From the NCBI GenBank assembly GCA_900538555.1, contig UPYI01000001.1, positions 260,273 to 324,272 of the forward strand: DNA of 64,000 bases, given 5' to 3'. Positions 63,588 through 64,000 of this stretch are shown in pieces. Position numbers and translations under genes: made by a program. This DNA comes from an uncultured Porphyromonadaceae bacterium. Lineage in GTDB: Bacteria > Bacteroidota > Bacteroidia > Bacteroidales > Barnesiellaceae. The notes under the pieces were generated by a model, which saw nothing but the letters and a program-made list of their open reading frames with translations, did no database searches and was not told where the DNA came from. The stretch's first letter is position 1; each line of letters opens with the position of its first letter.

Positions 63588-64000
63588 TTACTGAAAAGCC
63601 AATATATTCGATTTTTCCATCTTTGCTTTCGCATATTCGCGCGTAATGCGTATCTCTTTGCAATCGCTCGACGGAGTTTCGTACATGGCATCCATCATCA
63701 CCGTTTCGACAATCGAGCGCAATCCACGCGCACCGACCTTAAATTCCATCGCCTTTTCCACGATGTAATCGAGCATATCGTCGTCGAACGAAAGTTTCAC
63801 GCCGTCCATATCGAACAGCTTGATATATTGTTTGACGATCGAATTTTTCGGCTCGGTCAAGATGCGGCGCAATGCCGTGACATCGAGCGGTTGAAGATAG
63901 GTGAGTATAGGCAAACGCCCGATAATTTCGGGGATAAGCCCGAAGGCTTTCAGATCTTGCGGGGCAATGTACTGCAACAGGTTGTTGCGGTCGATTTCCG
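63588..64000 (-). CDS. clpX: ATP-dependent Clp protease ATP-binding subunit ClpX (3' partial; gene continues past the window edge)
   Basis: The C-terminal ClpX region GLIPEIIGRLPILTYLQPL...LTEPKNSIVKQY...GARGLRSI is present. The ORF is open through position 64000. Confidence 0.85.
   Translation of the reverse strand, partial: EIDRNNLLQYIAPQDLKAFGLIPEIIGRLPILTYLQPLDVTALRRILTEPKNSIVKQYIKLFDMDGVKLSFDDDMLDYIVEKAMEFKVGARGLRSIVETVMMDAMYETPSSDCKEIRITREYAKAKMEKSNILAFQ

Overview
This 64-kb window looks like a chromosomal segment of a Bacteroidales (phylum Bacteroidota) genome at about 50% GC. I place it in a T9SS-bearing lineage because three encoded proteins end in typical Por/T9SS C-terminal sorting domains.

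Gene content, in order along the window:
- Mostly conserved housekeeping genes: aroE, a LysR regulator with a YeiH-like transporter, comEC, coaE, a ybbR-like gene, yajC, nusB, rpoZ, bamD, uvrB, fhs, ygiQ, maeB, mutL, an OstA-like gene followed by three SurA/parvulin PPIase-like genes, guaB, recQ, and the 3' end of clpX.
- A translationally coupled GT4 / radical-SAM-SPASM / GT4 operon.
- A TetR-regulated RND tripartite efflux operon followed by a small PII/DUF3240-like gene.
- A FetAB-like ABC exporter.
- Two S9 peptidases.
- A block of three large T9SS-secreted pectinolytic enzymes: one PL1 pectate lyase and two tandem paralogous CE8 pectin methylesterases with InlB-B-repeat-like and beta-helix accessory domains. 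No SusC/SusD genes are present in the window.

Non-coding structure is unusually rich, with two dispersed intergenic repeat families.
- Family 1 is a promoter-like repeat built on the imperfect palindrome TATCTTCTACAAAGATA (TATCTT/AAGATA arms), and carries TAnnTTTG boxes. Units are roughly 70-85 bp and occur in tandem at five or more loci. Two ~180-bp copies sit in inverted orientation flanking nusB. A 69-bp x3 tandem array lies upstream of maeB.
- Family 2 is a mosaic element at gene 3' ends. It consists of a conserved ATTCTAACGCACCGAAAAGGGG module followed by a terminator hairpin, variably joined to two other conserved modules, at six loci.

I found no tRNA or rRNA genes, CRISPR arrays, or obvious transposase or integrase genes. 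Coordinates of the repeats and hairpins were read by eye from the sequence and are approximate to within a few bases.
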